Source: Octopus vulgaris
Lineage: Eukaryota
Direction: 5' to 3'
Assembly (NCBI GenBank): GCA_951406725.2
Contig: OX597832.1
Coordinates: 30,814,001-30,878,000 of the forward strand
Length of the DNA stretch: 64,000 bases
Shown here: positions 63,075-64,000 of the stretch, in pieces
Numbering within the stretch: the stretch's first letter is position 1
Layout: every line of letters starts with the position of its first letter
Program-made: the position numbers and the translations under genes
The notes under the pieces: generated by a model
Database searches by the model: none
Seen by the model: only the letters and a program-made list of their open reading frames with translations
Told to the model about the DNA's origin: nothing

Positions 63075-63681
63075 GCATCTTTACCTTTTGACCGACAGAT
63101 TTAAAAAATAATTTTTTGTAACTAAACACTTTCAAACTTCGGACACTGGTAGAATGTGTCATATAAAGCATCTTTTACTCTTAGCATTTTTGAAAAAAAC
63201 TTATATTTAGGAAGTTATTTCACGTTAAAGTTGTCATATTTCAGTAATTTCAACCAATCAATGATGTGTATTCAGCTGAATAAAATTACTGCTGTTTGTC
63301 AACGAGAACTTCCGGCGGTGTATATTTCATTTGTGACTGTTATTTATGACAACCCTAACCCTAAAACCTTAAAGCTGAAACCAGTACAAACGCACGAACA
63401 ATGTCATAAATAACAGTGACAAACGAAAAATACACCACCGATAGTTGTTGTTGACAAACAACGGCAATAATTTTATTCAGCTGAATAAACGTCATTGATT
63501 GGTTGAAATTACCGAAATACTACAACTTTAACATGAAATAACTTCGTAAATATAAGTTTTTATCAAAAATGCTAAGAGTAAAAGATGTTTTATATGACAC
63601 ATTCTACCAGTGTCCAAAGTTTGAAAGTGTTTAGTTACAAAAAATTATTTTCTAAATCTGTCAGTCAAAAGGTAAAGATCC
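63075..63681. mobile_element. Foldback MITE related to 31069
   Basis: Inverted arms of ~280 bp; TSD GCATTTTG at 63067-63074 and 63682-63689; shares ACTGGTAGAATGTGTCA with the 31069 element. Confidence 0.85.
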
Positions 63682-63744
63682 GCATTTTGTCCAACACTCA
63701 AACAACTGGCCAGTAAAGTTGTGAACTTTCAGGCTAGAACTTAA

Positions 63745-63964
63745 CCCTTTAGCATTTAAACTGGCCATATTCGGCCAAAATATTCTACGTATTTTGCATG
63801 TTCAAACTGAACAGATCTGACCTCACGCCTGTCCTGCAATGTCATTCTAAAAAGAAACAATATCATCATTGAAATCCTGAAACTATGAGACAAAGCCTGA
63901 TTAATTCAACACAATGTCAATAAATAAGCATTACATTTGACTGAGTTTTCTGAATGCTAAAGGG
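63745..63964. mobile_element. piggyBac-like MITE (TTAA|CCC...GGG|TTAA)
   Basis: TIR CCCTTTAGCATT with TTAA flanks; degenerate relative at ~6930-7155. A second similar family occurs at ~10820-11022, ~20527-20750, ~47675-47840 and ~61870-62090. Confidence 0.7.
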
Positions 63965-64000
63965 TTAAACAAGTGTTTCAACAGTGAAACTCCTTTTAAG

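Overview
AT-rich, microsatellite- and SINE-dense animal DNA; the repeat content looks like a coleoid cephalopod (Octopus-like), which is an inference. Two complete, convergent, intron-rich genes can be rebuilt by hand with GT-AG junctions and consistent phases. TMEM214 (+) has 16 coding exons at 2537-40059, 2082 nt, 693 aa, with a 19.4-kb first intron. TATDN1 (-) has 12 coding exons at 58520-41872, 897 nt, 298 aa, including a 16-nt first coding segment and a 21-nt microexon. Almost all other ORFs in the supplied track are microsatellite or repeat artefacts. Introns hold several SINE families, RTE and R4/Dong-like LINE remnants, mariner remnants, hAT- and piggyBac-like MITEs, a Helentron-type element, and long foldback MITEs with GG ends and 8-bp TSDs. 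The most interesting signals are: a putative bidirectional promoter with an antisense ATG|GTAAGT first exon nested in TATDN1 intron 1; a TMEM214 splice acceptor apparently supplied by a SINE (ATT)n tail; long hairpins next to exons; and degenerate hammerhead-like motifs. No clearly novel multi-gene system is demonstrable from the sequence alone. Repeat boundaries without TSDs are approximate.
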